Source: Candidatus Kapaibacterium sp. (lineage in GTDB: Bacteria; Bacteroidota; Ignavibacteria; Kapaibacteriales; UBA2268). From it: DNA of 64,000 nt. This document shows positions 50,829-62,030 of the stretch, one piece after another. The DNA is taken from contig OY762428.1 in the NCBI GenBank assembly GCA_963665665.1, positions 4,768,001-4,832,000 of the forward strand, read 5' to 3'. The position numbers and the translations under genes were made by a program. A model generated the notes under the pieces. It saw only the letters and a program-made list of their open reading frames with translations. It had not been told where the DNA came from and did not search any database. How positions within the stretch are numbered: position 1 is the first letter of the stretch; each line of letters opens with the position of its first letter.

Positions 50829-53285
50829 TTATCTGTTAATTACCAGCATTTCAAAATATCTTTTGCTGCCAATTTCAACATTGATATAATAAACTCCTGA
50901 CGAAAGATTTCTAAGGTCGATTTCATTTTCACCGGGCTGCAGGTTGTTAATTTTCATAACCATGCTGCCTCCTGCATTGTAAACACCTGCCTCGGGACTT
51001 ATTCCGGAAAGTTTATTATCTATGTTGATAATCACTTTTTCCGCTGCCGGATTAGGAGATACAGTAAATATTCCGTTCAAACCTGCCTGGTCTGTTACGC
51101 CGGTGGTTATTGCCTCACCGATTATATCAAGTTTAATATCCGAATTCATACCGGCATCAGATTTCAAGGTCAGTTCGGCTTTGTATTCCTGTGGTGCTAT
51201 CGGTTCAAAAGTTACAATCACATTTTTATATTCCCCGGGAGATAAGGTCATCGGTAATTCGGGAGTATTATCGAAGGCGAAAGCATAAGAATCCATACCG
51301 CCGATACTGATTTCAGAAATTTCAAGATCTTCATCGCCGGGATTATGCATAACTAATGGAATTTTCCTGGTTTCATCAACTATAACATCCTCGAAATCAA
51401 TTATATCGCGCGACAGGTCGAGTTCCGGGCCTGTATTATTCAGCCATTGCATGATTTTATCAATAAGGCCTGCCCTGGCCTGATCATTAACAATTACATT
51501 CGGGCAAAGCGCCATGAGTACAGAACGTGTGTTCTCATGATAACAACGAACAGCGAAATACGCATCCTTGCCATCGATTTCAACAGTATCCTGTTCGGAC
51601 GGGATAATTTTGGTACCTCTGTCGGTCAGGTGAAGAAAAGGTTTTGCTTTTTCATTATCGGTAATTTTCAGAAGAGTAATAAGATATTTTATCAGATTAC
51701 CTTCTGTTTTCTGTCCGAAATCCTGGCTGATGGGGTCGCCATTCATTCCTGAAAGCCAAACCCTCCAGGGGGCGCTACCATATCCAAGCCTTGAAAAGCC
51801 GTTATATTCAACACCAAATGCGGTAAGTGCACCATAATTGTTCATGTAGGATGCAGAAAGGTTTCCACAGACAAAAACTTTGTGGCCGTCATTTATTGCC
51901 GCAAGAATTGTATTTACATCTGTTTCTGTCAGCCTGTCGGCAGAACCAGTATTCCATACCAGGTGATCCAGCACGGGAAATTTATCTTTAAATTGATGAT
52001 ATTTATCGGGAGAAAGCATAACAAAATCGTTATAGCCAGATTCAAACAAATCATCTTTAACAGAATAAATTGCTTCCCCGGGATTAACAATCTCGAAGTT
52101 TTTAATTTCCTGTGAATAGCAGGTAACCTCGCCGCGTCCTTTGAACAGATCGGGGTTTGCTAAAGATGATACTTCCAGTTCAACATCTCCTATACCGAGA
52201 TCTGAACCGGGGATTATCTGTAAGTCAAATGTTATTTCTTCACCGGGTGATAAAGTAATTTCCATTGTGGCATCATTTTCAGAATCGGCGGTAATTGTTT
52301 CATCACCATATACAACCTTACCCATCCAGTTTGCCGGGGTTCTGTCTGATAATTTCGCCATAATTGAAAAGGTACTTTCAACGCCATTCAGGTTTTTCAG
52401 ATTATATGTTTTACCAAAAGGAGTGCTCATTGGAACAACATCAACCGCTTTACCTGTTGAAGTTAGTTGAAGTTCCGGCTCGCCTTCCACACCCATGCAA
52501 CTATTCAGGATTTCTTTATCCGAAGTTTCATCAACCTGTACCAACCCAACAAAATGCAATTGATCCTTGTTCCATTCCGGATTCAAATCATAAACAAAAT
52601 CAAAAGTATATACTTCACCCTGCACGGCCGGATTGGGCATTGACCCGCTGCCCCATGCACCGCCACACATATCCCGCATAACTTTCATGTGCTGATAACC
52701 GACAATTTTTGACGGTTGGTCATAATATGGATTATCCTGGTAACCGTCACGGCCTGAAAGATAATTGGACTGATCCCAGCCCGTTCCGGTACCCGAAACA
52801 GAATCTTCAATAATATAGACATTGAATCTAAGTGTTTTATTTACAGTTTCCAGCATTGTGCAATAAACTGTTGCATATAGCTGGTTTGTTTCTTCATTTA
52901 TTGAATAGGCCATTTGCACTTCAGCCTGAGGTTTCTCATTCATTGCTGTTTCGCAAACCGCACGCCAGTTTGTCCGGCTTTGGCTGATTGAGCCATTGTA
53001 AAACTTCCTGTTTACTGTTCCTGAAGGAAATCCGGATACTCCCAAGGGGCCACGTATTACTGATTCAAGAGAAACGGCCATGCTGTCACCATTATGTATC
53101 TTAACACCGATAACCTGATCCGGGTAATCCTTGATAAGTTCGTCCATAACAACAGTTCCATCCACACACCAGCCACACCAGGCTCCGGTGAATTGCTCGA
53201 GAAGTACATTTTTCTTTTGTGCAGTTGTTTGCGTTAAAGTAAAAACAAATAGGAATGCAATTGATAAAAGTAGAAATTTTTTCAT
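50829..53285 (-). CDS. Omp28-related thioredoxin-fold protein with ASH Ig-like domain and T9SS CTD
   Basis: VLLEQFTGAWCGWC, GFPSGTVNR, IDFEDV...HNPGDEDLEI, and CTD SPNPA...LSSGVYYI. Confidence 0.85.
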   Translation of the reverse strand: MKKFLLLSIAFLFVFTLTQTTAQKKNVLLEQFTGAWCGWCVDGTVVMDELIKDYPDQVIGVKIHNGDSMAVSLESVIRGPLGVSGFPSGTVNRKFYNGSISQSRTNWRAVCETAMNEKPQAEVQMAYSINEETNQLYATVYCTMLETVNKTLRFNVYIIEDSVSGTGTGWDQSNYLSGRDGYQDNPYYDQPSKIVGYQHMKVMRDMCGGAWGSGSMPNPAVQGEVYTFDFVYDLNPEWNKDQLHFVGLVQVDETSDKEILNSCMGVEGEPELQLTSTGKAVDVVPMSTPFGKTYNLKNLNGVESTFSIMAKLSDRTPANWMGKVVYGDETITADSENDATMEITLSPGEEITFDLQIIPGSDLGIGDVELEVSSLANPDLFKGRGEVTCYSQEIKNFEIVNPGEAIYSVKDDLFESGYNDFVMLSPDKYHQFKDKFPVLDHLVWNTGSADRLTETDVNTILAAINDGHKVFVCGNLSASYMNNYGALTAFGVEYNGFSRLGYGSAPWRVWLSGMNGDPISQDFGQKTEGNLIKYLITLLKITDNEKAKPFLHLTDRGTKIIPSEQDTVEIDGKDAYFAVRCYHENTRSVLMALCPNVIVNDQARAGLIDKIMQWLNNTGPELDLSRDIIDFEDVIVDETRKIPLVMHNPGDEDLEISEISIGGMDSYAFAFDNTPELPMTLSPGEYKNVIVTFEPIAPQEYKAELTLKSDAGMNSDIKLDIIGEAITTGVTDQAGLNGIFTVSPNPAAEKVIINIDNKLSGISPEAGVYNAGGSMVMKINNLQPGENEIDLRNLSSGVYYINVEIGSKRYFEMLVINR

Positions 53286-53491
53286 TGAACCCTCGCCAAA
53301 TAAGTGATACAGAGTGTATTTGAATTAAAATACCTAAAAGAGTATTATTTGTCAAGTTCTTTTTGTAATTATTTATTTTTCGTGTTGTAACTATTTCAGG
53401 AATTAGTCGGTCAACCATATAAATTAGAAAAATACCTTTTTCGTTAGTAATTTTGTTTGTTTTGATTTTATCTTTGAGCGGATTAAATATT

Positions 53492-55015
53492 ATGGCAGGT
53501 TTAAAATTAAAAGTCTTCTTAGCGATCATATTCTGTACATCTGTTTCTATCTTACATTCAGCCGATACAATCAAAACCAGGCTTGGTGATGAAATAAACA
53601 GATATCAACCGGCACTTGCCCCGGTTGTTACACTTGATGACAATACAATGTACCTGGATTTATGGGAACATCCCAAGAACTCAGGCGGATATGTCGACAG
53701 GGATGAAATCTGGGTATCTCATAAGGATTTCTATGGTGTATGGTCTGAACCCCAAAGGCTTGGAAAGCCACTTAACTCTAAATATCCTGACGTGATTTTC
53801 TCGATTTCACCTGATCATCAGCAAGCCCTGGCCTTTGGCTCTTATTCTGTTGATACTTCAAAGATCCCGGCAGGATTTTACTTCCTGAAAAATATCAACG
53901 GCAAGTGGATATTTGACGAAAGACTGGAAATTGAAAATTATTATAATAACTCCGGATATTACTCGGCTAATCTTTCTGCCGACGGAAGATATCTTTTTAT
54001 GTCACTGGTTCGTGAAGACGGAATCGGAAAGCACGATTTATATATTTCGGAAAAACAAAGCAATGGCAAATGGTCTGAACCCGAAAATCTGGGCCCGGTA
54101 ATAAACTCAACCGGAGACGAGGGAGCGCCGTTCTTTGCCTATGATAATAAAACGCTCTATTTTTCTTCCAACGGACAGAAAGGCTATGGCAAAGCTGATA
54201 TTTTCATGTCTCGGAAAATTGGAAATTCCTGGCAGGAGTGGAGCCTGCCTGCTAATCTTGGGGAAGAGTTAAATACAACCGAGGATGATAAGAGCATTTA
54301 TCTGAATGCTCTTTCCGATGGCGGCTATATGGTTTCATGGGATTCAGTAAATTTGCGTTCGGGGCTTTACGAATGTATTATACCTTACCATCTAAGGCCG
54401 CATCCCTACAGCATAGTGGAGGGTAATATCCTAATCAAAGCTGATGGCAAATATCATAAATACGAACGATCTGCTGATGTTAAAATCACTGGTAATCAAT
54501 TTTCTGATTTAGTAAAAAGTGATGATAAAGGGCATTTCAGATTTGTTTATCCTGGTAAGTACAGGGATTTTTCAATTATTATTGAAGATAGCATTTATGG
54601 CCGGGCTGTTGTGCAGAATATGCCTGATACGATAATCAATTCGGCCCGGTGGTTATATATCGATTGCTATTTTAGTGAAAAATCTCCAATTCCCGGTTAC
54701 AGAAGAATTTATTCAATTTATTTTGATACTGATTCAAAAGAAATTACCGAATCAGATAGAAAATTACTTCATGAATTCTTTGAAACACGTCTATCAGATA
54801 TTAATGATTTTGTTATAAAAGGATTCGCTGACGAAAGGGGCAGTGAAGATTACAATTACAAACTATCCGAAAAAAGGGCTATGGAAGTATCCGTTCAGCT
54901 CGAACAAATTTGCTCTGATTGCAAAATTAGAATCGAAGCCAAAGGTGAATTACAGATAAAACAGAATTCACTTGCTGAAAACCGGCGGGTTGATATTTTT
55001 ATCCCAAACAAATAA
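53492..55015 (+). CDS. PD40-repeat and OmpA domain protein (PorE-like)
   Basis: WSEPENLGPVINSTGDEGAP repeats, IYFDTDS, IKGFADERG, LSEKRA and ENRRVDI. Confidence 0.85.
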   Translation: MAGLKLKVFLAIIFCTSVSILHSADTIKTRLGDEINRYQPALAPVVTLDDNTMYLDLWEHPKNSGGYVDRDEIWVSHKDFYGVWSEPQRLGKPLNSKYPDVIFSISPDHQQALAFGSYSVDTSKIPAGFYFLKNINGKWIFDERLEIENYYNNSGYYSANLSADGRYLFMSLVREDGIGKHDLYISEKQSNGKWSEPENLGPVINSTGDEGAPFFAYDNKTLYFSSNGQKGYGKADIFMSRKIGNSWQEWSLPANLGEELNTTEDDKSIYLNALSDGGYMVSWDSVNLRSGLYECIIPYHLRPHPYSIVEGNILIKADGKYHKYERSADVKITGNQFSDLVKSDDKGHFRFVYPGKYRDFSIIIEDSIYGRAVVQNMPDTIINSARWLYIDCYFSEKSPIPGYRRIYSIYFDTDSKEITESDRKLLHEFFETRLSDINDFVIKGFADERGSEDYNYKLSEKRAMEVSVQLEQICSDCKIRIEAKGELQIKQNSLAENRRVDIFIPNK

Positions 55016-55399
55016 TTACTGACCTCTGCCACCGCCTCTGTTTTCGTTTTGCCTGTTGTGCTGACGTTTTCTTTCGTGCTTGAATTTAGAATTGTTACCA
55101 TTTCCTTTACCATGGCCAAGGCCAAGGCCGCGGCATCTGTTGTCATTTATACCGTCGCCGTCTTTATCCACAAAGCAGTCCCTGCGACGATTGCATCTTT
55201 GTCTCTGGTTGCAATCAGCAGTATCACCGGAACAAACTGTATCTTTTTCAGCAGCTTCGGAATAATCCTGAAACTCTTCCTGCTCTGCGGCAGCAGATGT
55301 GTTTTTTGATGTATCATCAGCTCGGAGATTATTATTGTTTCCCAGAAGAAGGAACAATATAATTGTAATAATCGATAAGTATTTCATGGTAGGCCTCAT
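55016..55399 (-). CDS. small secreted Cys-rich protein with FVDKDGDGIND motif
   Basis: Signal peptide, five Cys and a DxDGDG loop. Its ATG overlaps the response-regulator stop (TAATG); alternative start at 55387. Confidence 0.75.
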   Translation of the reverse strand: MRPTMKYLSIITIILFLLLGNNNNLRADDTSKNTSAAAEQEEFQDYSEAAEKDTVCSGDTADCNQRQRCNRRRDCFVDKDGDGINDNRCRGLGLGHGKGNGNNSKFKHERKRQHNRQNENRGGGRGQ

Positions 55400-56763
55400 T
55401 ATTTTAACCCGTATTTTGTTAGCTTATATCTTAATGTTCTTTCGGAAATATTCAAAATATCTGCGGCTTTTACCTGGTTTCCGCCTGATTCATCCAATGC
55501 CTTTCTAATCAGGTTCATTTCCAGCTCTTCCACTTTTTGATTAAGGTCGCCTGTTTGAATATCATTAAGCGAACAATTTTCTTCTGCTTCAACCCCGGAC
55601 AACATAGGCAGATCTTTAGTGGTTACAATCTCACTTCTGCTCATAACCACTGCACGCTGAACAATGTTTTCCAGTTCGCGAACATTTCCCGGAAATTCAT
55701 AGCGCATGAGTTTTTCAAGAGCTTCTTTGGAAAGAGATGATATTCTTTTTCCATCTATATCTGAATATTTGCCAATAAAATGTTCTGCCAGCAACGGAAT
55801 ATCAGATTTTCTTTTTCTTAAAGGAGGGATATTAACCTGAACCACATTGAAACGATAATAAAGATCTTCACGAAATTCATTTTCTTTTATCATTTCTTCA
55901 AGATTTCTGTTTGTGGCAGTGATAATCCTCACATCCAGGTCGATAGTACGATTGCCTCCCAGCCTTTCAATCTGTCCGAATTGAACTGCCCTGAGAAGTT
56001 TAACCTGAATTTGCAGAGGAATATCGCCAACTTCATCAATAAATAAAGTACCGCCGTCAGCAAGTTCAAATTTTCCGATCCTTTGAGTATTAGCACCTGT
56101 ATATGCTCCTTTTTCATGGCCGAAAAGTTCACTTTCGAATAATGTATCAGGCATGGCTGCACAATTTACAACAATGAAAGGCTTGTCCTGCCTGTCGCTG
56201 GCAAGGTGAATGGCACGAGCAATTAATTCCTTTCCGGTACCACTTTCACCACGTATCATAACAGAAGCCTTGGATGGGGCTACTCTGCCGGCTATGTTGA
56301 GCACTTCCTCCATTTCGCCGCTTTGGGAAATAATATTTGCAAAAGAATATTTTTCGCTGATCTGTTTTTTCAGGCGAATATTTTCAGATATCAGATTCTG
56401 CCTTTCGCGGGCACGATCTATTATCATCATCAGTTCTTCAAGCTCGATAGGTTTTTGCAGGTAGTCGAAAGCTCCTTTTTTCATTAAGCTGACCGCACCC
56501 TCGATACTTCCGAAAGCAGTCATTATAATTACAGGAACAGCAGGATCGATTTCGAGCGCTCCTGTTAGAACATCCTCACCCGTTTTTCCGGCCATTTTGA
56601 AATCAGTAAAAATAATATCTGCCGGAGATTTCTTAAATAACTCCAGGCCTTCGTCAGCAGAAGCAGCAGTTTTCACATCAAATTTCTTCTTCCTGAGAAA
56701 TCCTGCAAGTGATTCCCGCTGATTTTCTTCATCATCAATCAATATCACCCGATATTTTTCCAT
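55399..56763 (-). CDS. sigma54-dependent response regulator (NtrC/ZraR-like)
   Basis: Receiver domain (ILIDDE, TDFKM), [31 protein letters not shown] and a Fis-type HTH. ATG at 56763. Confidence 0.95.
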   Translation of the reverse strand: MEKYRVILIDDEENQRESLAGFLRKKKFDVKTAASADEGLELFKKSPADIIFTDFKMAGKTGEDVLTGALEIDPAVPVIIMTAFGSIEGAVSLMKKGAFDYLQKPIELEELMMIIDRARERQNLISENIRLKKQISEKYSFANIISQSGEMEEVLNIAGRVAPSKASVMIRGESGTGKELIARAIHLASDRQDKPFIVVNCAAMPDTLFESELFGHEKGAYTGANTQRIGKFELADGGTLFIDEVGDIPLQIQVKLLRAVQFGQIERLGGNRTIDLDVRIITATNRNLEEMIKENEFREDLYYRFNVVQVNIPPLRKRKSDIPLLAEHFIGKYSDIDGKRISSLSKEALEKLMRYEFPGNVRELENIVQRAVVMSRSEIVTTKDLPMLSGVEAEENCSLNDIQTGDLNQKVEELEMNLIRKALDESGGNQVKAADILNISERTLRYKLTKYGLK

Positions 56764-56882
56764 CTTTAAGCACCCTGTTAACAAATGTTGCGTCAAAAAT
56801 AGTGAACGAAGTGTAAATCTCAAAATTGGGATGGGATTATCAGAGATTATGCACTTCGCCCACATATTTTCATCTATAGCTA

Positions 56883-57203
56883 TCAGCCATTTTTAGGCCC
56901 ACAGCATTTATGCTGTTTGGAACCGCATTTTTTCTCTGCATTTTTGTGGCCTTTCCCGTCACAATTTTTCTTGTCACCGTGTTTATGGCCTTTACCTGTT
57001 CCGTCGCAGTTTCCTTTACACTCACCTTTTTTACTTCCGCATTCATCACAAACGCCATCTCCGTTTGAATCAACAAAATTCTTACCAACCTGAGTAGTTT
57101 TGGCTTTGTTTGTTTCTTTTTCCTTGCTTACGTTTTCCTGGCTTGTAGCAGTCATAGAAAACATGAAAATCAAAAGTGCTGCAATGCTAAATATCCTTTT
57201 CAT
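56883..57203 (-). CDS. small secreted Cys/His/Lys-rich protein with FVDSNGDGVCD motif
   Basis: Signal peptide, eight Cys and GKGHKHG; GGAG RBS; directly downstream of a sigma54 promoter. Confidence 0.8.
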   Translation of the reverse strand: MKRIFSIAALLIFMFSMTATSQENVSKEKETNKAKTTQVGKNFVDSNGDGVCDECGSKKGECKGNCDGTGKGHKHGDKKNCDGKGHKNAEKKCGSKQHKCCGPKNG

Positions 57204-57247
57204 CAGGATTCTCCAAGTTTTTAAAAATTACCAACTAACCCAAGTAT

Positions 57248-57263
57248 TACAACGCTCGTGCCA
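57248..57263 (-). promoter_or_regulatory. sigma54 (-24/-12) promoter
   Basis: Minus strand TGGCACG-AGCG-TTGTA against consensus TGGCACG-N4-TTGCW. Confidence 0.75.
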
Positions 57264-57394
57264 AAAAAATAAGTCGAAAAAATAATTTATGGCTACCCCG
57301 CATAATATGTATATATATCAGTTGATTATATAACATAAAGTAAAATTAGGACATCCAAATTAATTAAAATAAATAAATAAAATATCAATAAGTA

Positions 57395-57442
57395 TCGACA
57401 AGTTTGTCGAAATACTACTCAATTAGTCGACGAAATTGTCAG
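57395..57442. promoter_or_regulatory. two tandem palindromic enhancer (UAS) sites
   Basis: TCGACAA-GT-TTGTCGA (57395-57410) and TCGACGA-AA-TTGTCAG (57427-57442), 32 bp apart and 130-180 bp upstream of the sigma54 promoter. Confidence 0.6.
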
Positions 57443-59443
57443 TACAATTCAAAGTTATTAGAAATTCTGTTCCACCATTCCCGGTTTCAAAAGAAATCTC
57501 TCCGCTATGTTCGCTGACAATCTGATGAACGATACTTAAGCCAAGACCGTTCCCGTGTGGCTTAGAAGTAAAATAAAGGTTAAATATCTTCGAGCGGATT
57601 TCTTTTGCAATCCCGTTACCTGTATCTTTTATTTTTATTTGCAATGTTTTATCGATTTTTTCCGCTTCATAACTTAGCTTGCCTCCGTTGTCCATTGCAT
57701 CAATTGCGTTTTGCATTAAATTCAGGATAGCCTGTTTCATTTTATGGGGGTCTATCAACAAAACAATCGGATTTAAATCAGGATGATAAATCATAATATT
57801 CTTTGTTTTAGCGGCTGATTCCACAAGCGATGCCGTTTCTCTCAGTATTTGGCTAATATCGGATTTAATCAGCTTCAAAGGTGCAGGACGTGCAAACTCA
57901 AGAAACTGCTTAATAATTTCATTAACGCGGCTAACTTCATTCCTGACTGTTGTAGCCAGTTTTTTAAACTCACTTTTATCTTCTTCAGGTTCAAACTCCA
58001 ACTGGAATCTTTGTGCAATCACATGAATGGCATTCAGAGGGTTTCTGATTTCATGAGCAACTCCGGCTGCCAGTTCTCCGAGGGCAGTTAGTTTATCTTT
58101 TCTGTGTATCTGTTCATCAAGTTTTTTTCTAATAGTCAGATCTCTGATAATTGCAATTGATGTATCAGCATCATCATTTTCATCTTTTAATAGAGATATA
58201 CTGCAGCCCAATATTTTTAAATCATTTCCTGAATAATATTCCAATTCGAAATAATTCAGGTTTTCGTCATTTTCGAAACTTATGTTCAGCCGCAGTTCAT
58301 CTTTTGGAAAAATATCCTTATAGTTATCAAAAATATTTATTGTTGCTTCTGGTTTTAGAATTCTTCTTGCCGCTTTGTTGAAAACAATTATCTTTTCGTC
58401 TTTGGAAACTGCTACAACCCCGTCTGTCATTTCGTTCAGGATACTTGATGTATATTTTCTGTGTTTTTCATGTTCCTTTTTCAAAACAATGAATTTTTCA
58501 CGGGTCATTACAACGTAAAAGACAACTACACCGAGAATGAATATGCCAATTCCAATTATAATAACTCTTCTCATTGACCTCTGCTGAATATCCTGAATTT
58601 TATTTAGTGAAAGTGCAATGCGTGTCAGAACAAGGTTGCCAGGTTCAATTATAATGGGTTTAACTACTTCGAGTATCATCGAGGAATTATATTCAATTAT
58701 CCTGTTTTTTGAATTATTGGATTCCCATGAATCAAGAAGAAAAGTATCTCTTTGAATAGGTAATAGTTCTGTGACTCCTCCGGCAGCGGAAATAATGCCA
58801 ATAGTATCCTGCAAAGCAGCGTAAACAATATCTTTATTTTTGGCAATATCCTGAATTTGTCTGCCTATCCCGATTCTTCGCCGAAATTTCATGATGGTCT
58901 GAAAATCAATACCGGTAAGGATAATTTTATCCTTATTAGCAGACAGAACTGCCAACAAATACATCTCTTTTCCATTCAAAGGATTCTCTGTTATTCCAAA
59001 ATCGTAGTAGCCATCATCATTCAGGTATTCAAAAATACTTGAAATGGCGGGGTATTTACCACTATCCGGAGAAGTTGAATCAATCGATACTACAAAGTCA
59101 CCATCTTTATCAAAAATTGATATATGGCTGATATTTCCGGTTTCAGATGTTCGCTTCAGGTCCTTCACGTTCAAATTATTAATATCACATCTTTTTCCGA
59201 TTGAATTACCGACAATCAAAAGTTTATCAATTAACAGGCTTTCAATTTCATTATTTGTAATAATTGAATTTTCAATGCTGTTGGACAAGGAATTGATCAG
59301 GGTATTTGATTCATTTTCCATCAATATCAACAGTTCTTTTCTGCTCTGGCTTATTTCAAGAGAAACAAAACCAATTACGACGGCTGCGAATATTACCAGT
59401 CCGAAAATAAAAAGTCGAATATTAATTTTATTTTTGATACCAT
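57423..59443 (-). CDS. PAS-containing membrane sensor histidine kinase (ZraS/NtrB-like); 5' end apparently frameshifted
   Basis: GELAAGVAHEIRNPL, NLMQNAIDA, DTGNGI and GNGLGL. The frame stays open upstream of 59330 through a TM helix, but the ATG at 59443 is one base out of frame. Confidence 0.85.
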
Positions 59444-59585
59444 TCCTTTCAATATTATAGCCTGATAAAAATAAGATAATTGCTTTAACAAAAAAAGAAG
59501 TGATTAAAAAAAATCAAAAAACATTCAGGGACAATAATTCCAGAATTAACTATGAAATCGATAATCAGCAAAATTCGTTTTTACG

Positions 59586-59616
59586 AAAAAAATAAGCCGC
59601 CCTGAAAAAGGCGGCT
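59586..59616 (-). terminator. intrinsic terminator of the aldehyde dehydrogenase gene
   Basis: AGCCGCC-loop-GGCGGCT stem with an A-tract on the plus strand. Confidence 0.7.
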
Positions 59617-59639
59617 CAATTTATTATAACTAATTATGA

Positions 59640-61127
59640 TTAGTCGTCATAATTATCAATCTGTGCTCTTTGAAGCTGATCGGAAAAATCTACATATACA
59701 GTTTTCCATTCGGTAAAGATATCAAATACTGTCCAGCCGCCTTCGCGGTGTCCGTTGCCTGTACCTTTAACACCGCCAAACGGCATGTGTGCTTCGGCGC
59801 CGATCGTAGGAGCATTAATATAAGTGATTCCTGCTTCGATGTCACGCATAGCGCGGAAAGCATCATTTACATTGCGTGTGTAAATCGATGATGAAAGTCC
59901 GTATTCGCAATGATTCTGTAATTCAACAGCATCATCAAATGATTCTGCTTTTGTAACTGAAAGAACAGGGCCGAAAATTTCTTCATTGAATATTGTGTGG
60001 TCTTTTGTAACGTCGGCAATAATTGTTGGTTCGTAGAAAGCGCCTTTATCCAGGTCGCCACCGGTAGCTCTCTTGCCTCCGCATACCAAACGTCCGCCTT
60101 CTTCAAGTGCAATTTTAACGTATTTTTCACAATTCTGACGAGACCATTCGTGAATAACCGGGCCAACTTCAGTACCTTTTTTAAGGCCGTCACCAAGAAC
60201 GAGTTTTTCTGCACGGTCTTTCATAAGCTGAATAACTTCTTCGTAGCAGTCTTTGTGAACAATAAGCCTTGATGTAGCTGTACAGCGCTGGCCTGTTGTT
60301 CCGAAAGCTCCCCAGAGGGCTCCTTCAACAGCCAGTTCGAAGTTTGCGTCAGGCATTACTATCTGAGCATTTTTACCACCCATTTCAAGTGAGCATTTTT
60401 TATTTGTGCGGCCGCAAATTTCTCCGATTTTGAACCCGATTTCTGTCGATCCTGTGAACCCTATAAGATCAACATCGGGATGTTCAACCATCATGTTGCC
60501 CATGCTGCCCTGGCCAAGAAGAACATTGAATACGCCGGCAGGAATTCCTGCTTCTTCCATTATCTCTGCAAAAATAACACCTGAATGTGGTGATTCTTTT
60601 GAAGGTTTGTAAACAACAGTATTTCCAGCTGCGATGGCAGGAAGAATTTTCCAAGACGGCACTGCTACAGGGAAATTCCATGCAGTAATGATACCGCAAA
60701 CACCTATTGGAGTGCGGAATGTCATGTTTGTTTTATTGTCCATTTCACTCGGTGCGGTAAACCCGAATAACCTTCGTGTTTCTGATGCAGAATAATATGC
60801 CGTATCAATTGCTTCCTGAACGTCACCTTCAGTTTCAAATGTCGGTTTACCCATTTCGCGGGTCATTATCATTCCAAGTTCTTTTTTCCTGCGAACAAAA
60901 ATATCGCCGGCTTTTTTTATCATATCGCCGCGTTTGGGTGCGGGGATTTTTTTCCATGTTTTAAATGCTTCTTTTGCAGCAGCAACAGCAGCGTCAACAT
61001 CTGCCTGGCCTGATTTCGGGAATTCGCCGATAACATCTTCAAAATTTGCCGGGCTGATGTTCTTAAAGTATTCACCGGACTGTGGCTCTACCCACTGTCC
61101 ATTGATATAATTTTTGAATCTTTCCAT
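59640..61127 (-). CDS. aldehyde dehydrogenase family protein
   Basis: ITAWNFP, FTGSTEIG, LEMGGKN, GQRCTA, EEIFGPV and PFGGVKGTG. ATG at 61127 or 61139. Confidence 0.96.
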   Translation of the reverse strand: MERFKNYINGQWVEPQSGEYFKNISPANFEDVIGEFPKSGQADVDAAVAAAKEAFKTWKKIPAPKRGDMIKKAGDIFVRRKKELGMIMTREMGKPTFETEGDVQEAIDTAYYSASETRRLFGFTAPSEMDNKTNMTFRTPIGVCGIITAWNFPVAVPSWKILPAIAAGNTVVYKPSKESPHSGVIFAEIMEEAGIPAGVFNVLLGQGSMGNMMVEHPDVDLIGFTGSTEIGFKIGEICGRTNKKCSLEMGGKNAQIVMPDANFELAVEGALWGAFGTTGQRCTATSRLIVHKDCYEEVIQLMKDRAEKLVLGDGLKKGTEVGPVIHEWSRQNCEKYVKIALEEGGRLVCGGKRATGGDLDKGAFYEPTIIADVTKDHTIFNEEIFGPVLSVTKAESFDDAVELQNHCEYGLSSSIYTRNVNDAFRAMRDIEAGITYINAPTIGAEAHMPFGGVKGTGNGHREGGWTVFDIFTEWKTVYVDFSDQLQRAQIDNYDD

Positions 61128-61452
61128 TTCAATCTCCATTATAAAATTATCAAGAATGCCAACATTGCTTCCATAACAATTTGCAAAATAATGCTTAAAA
61201 GCGATTTATGAAAGTGAAAAAAAACAATTTATAATAAATAGTTATCCTTGTAGTTATAAAAATGACATATAAGTAGTAAAAATACAATATTCAGAAATTC
61301 GGGAGAAAAATCAGGATAAATTTTAAAATTTTCAACTTATTAGCAATTAAAAATTGATGATTAGTCATTTTTTTATTATTATTAAAATAATTAAATCTTG
61401 TTATCATAATTTTCTGATTGAAATTTCAAATTTATATTCAAACGGAGCTAAA

Positions 61453-62019
61453 ATGCAAAGAGGCTATTTTATAATATTATTATTGTTTTTATTTAATATT
61501 GCCAATTTATCAGCATCCAAACCTGTTGTGCCCGAGAAAGTAATTAATTCCAGGGCCGGATTTTTGGCCGGTGGTGTTTATACATCCCCAAATTCCGGAT
61601 TTGGAGGCGTTGCAAAGATTTATTACGAGATTCAAAATTTTTCGTCAATCGGCTACGGCCTGTCAGCTGAATTTGTTGTTGGCCAATATTTCGAATTTCT
61701 GATTGGTATTCCTGTTAGTTATTATCCCATCGACCGGTTAAAAACTTATGGTACTTTTGGAGTAGCTTTTACTCAAAGTATTAAATACAGTAAAGATACT
61801 CCGCCAAGCTTTATTGATGATCTTACAGATTCACAGCTGAATGAAACAACAGGTAACTTCTTTTTCGGTATTGGCGGAGGCTGGGAGATTGACCTTAGTG
61901 AGAAAAAAGACCCGAAATGGGTAATGCTGCCAACTTTGGAACTGAACCTGATAAACCTGGAGAATATATACATTGTATTGGGGCTTAATTTTGAAATGAA
62001 TATACTTCATCAAAGATAA
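61453..62019 (+). CDS. small outer-membrane beta-barrel protein
   Basis: GGAG RBS, signal peptide and alternating beta strands; aligns by eye with the next gene. Confidence 0.65.
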   Translation: MQRGYFIILLLFLFNIANLSASKPVVPEKVINSRAGFLAGGVYTSPNSGFGGVAKIYYEIQNFSSIGYGLSAEFVVGQYFEFLIGIPVSYYPIDRLKTYGTFGVAFTQSIKYSKDTPPSFIDDLTDSQLNETTGNFFFGIGGGWEIDLSEKKDPKWVMLPTLELNLINLENIYIVLGLNFEMNILHQR

Positions 62020-62030
62020 ACGGAGCGATT

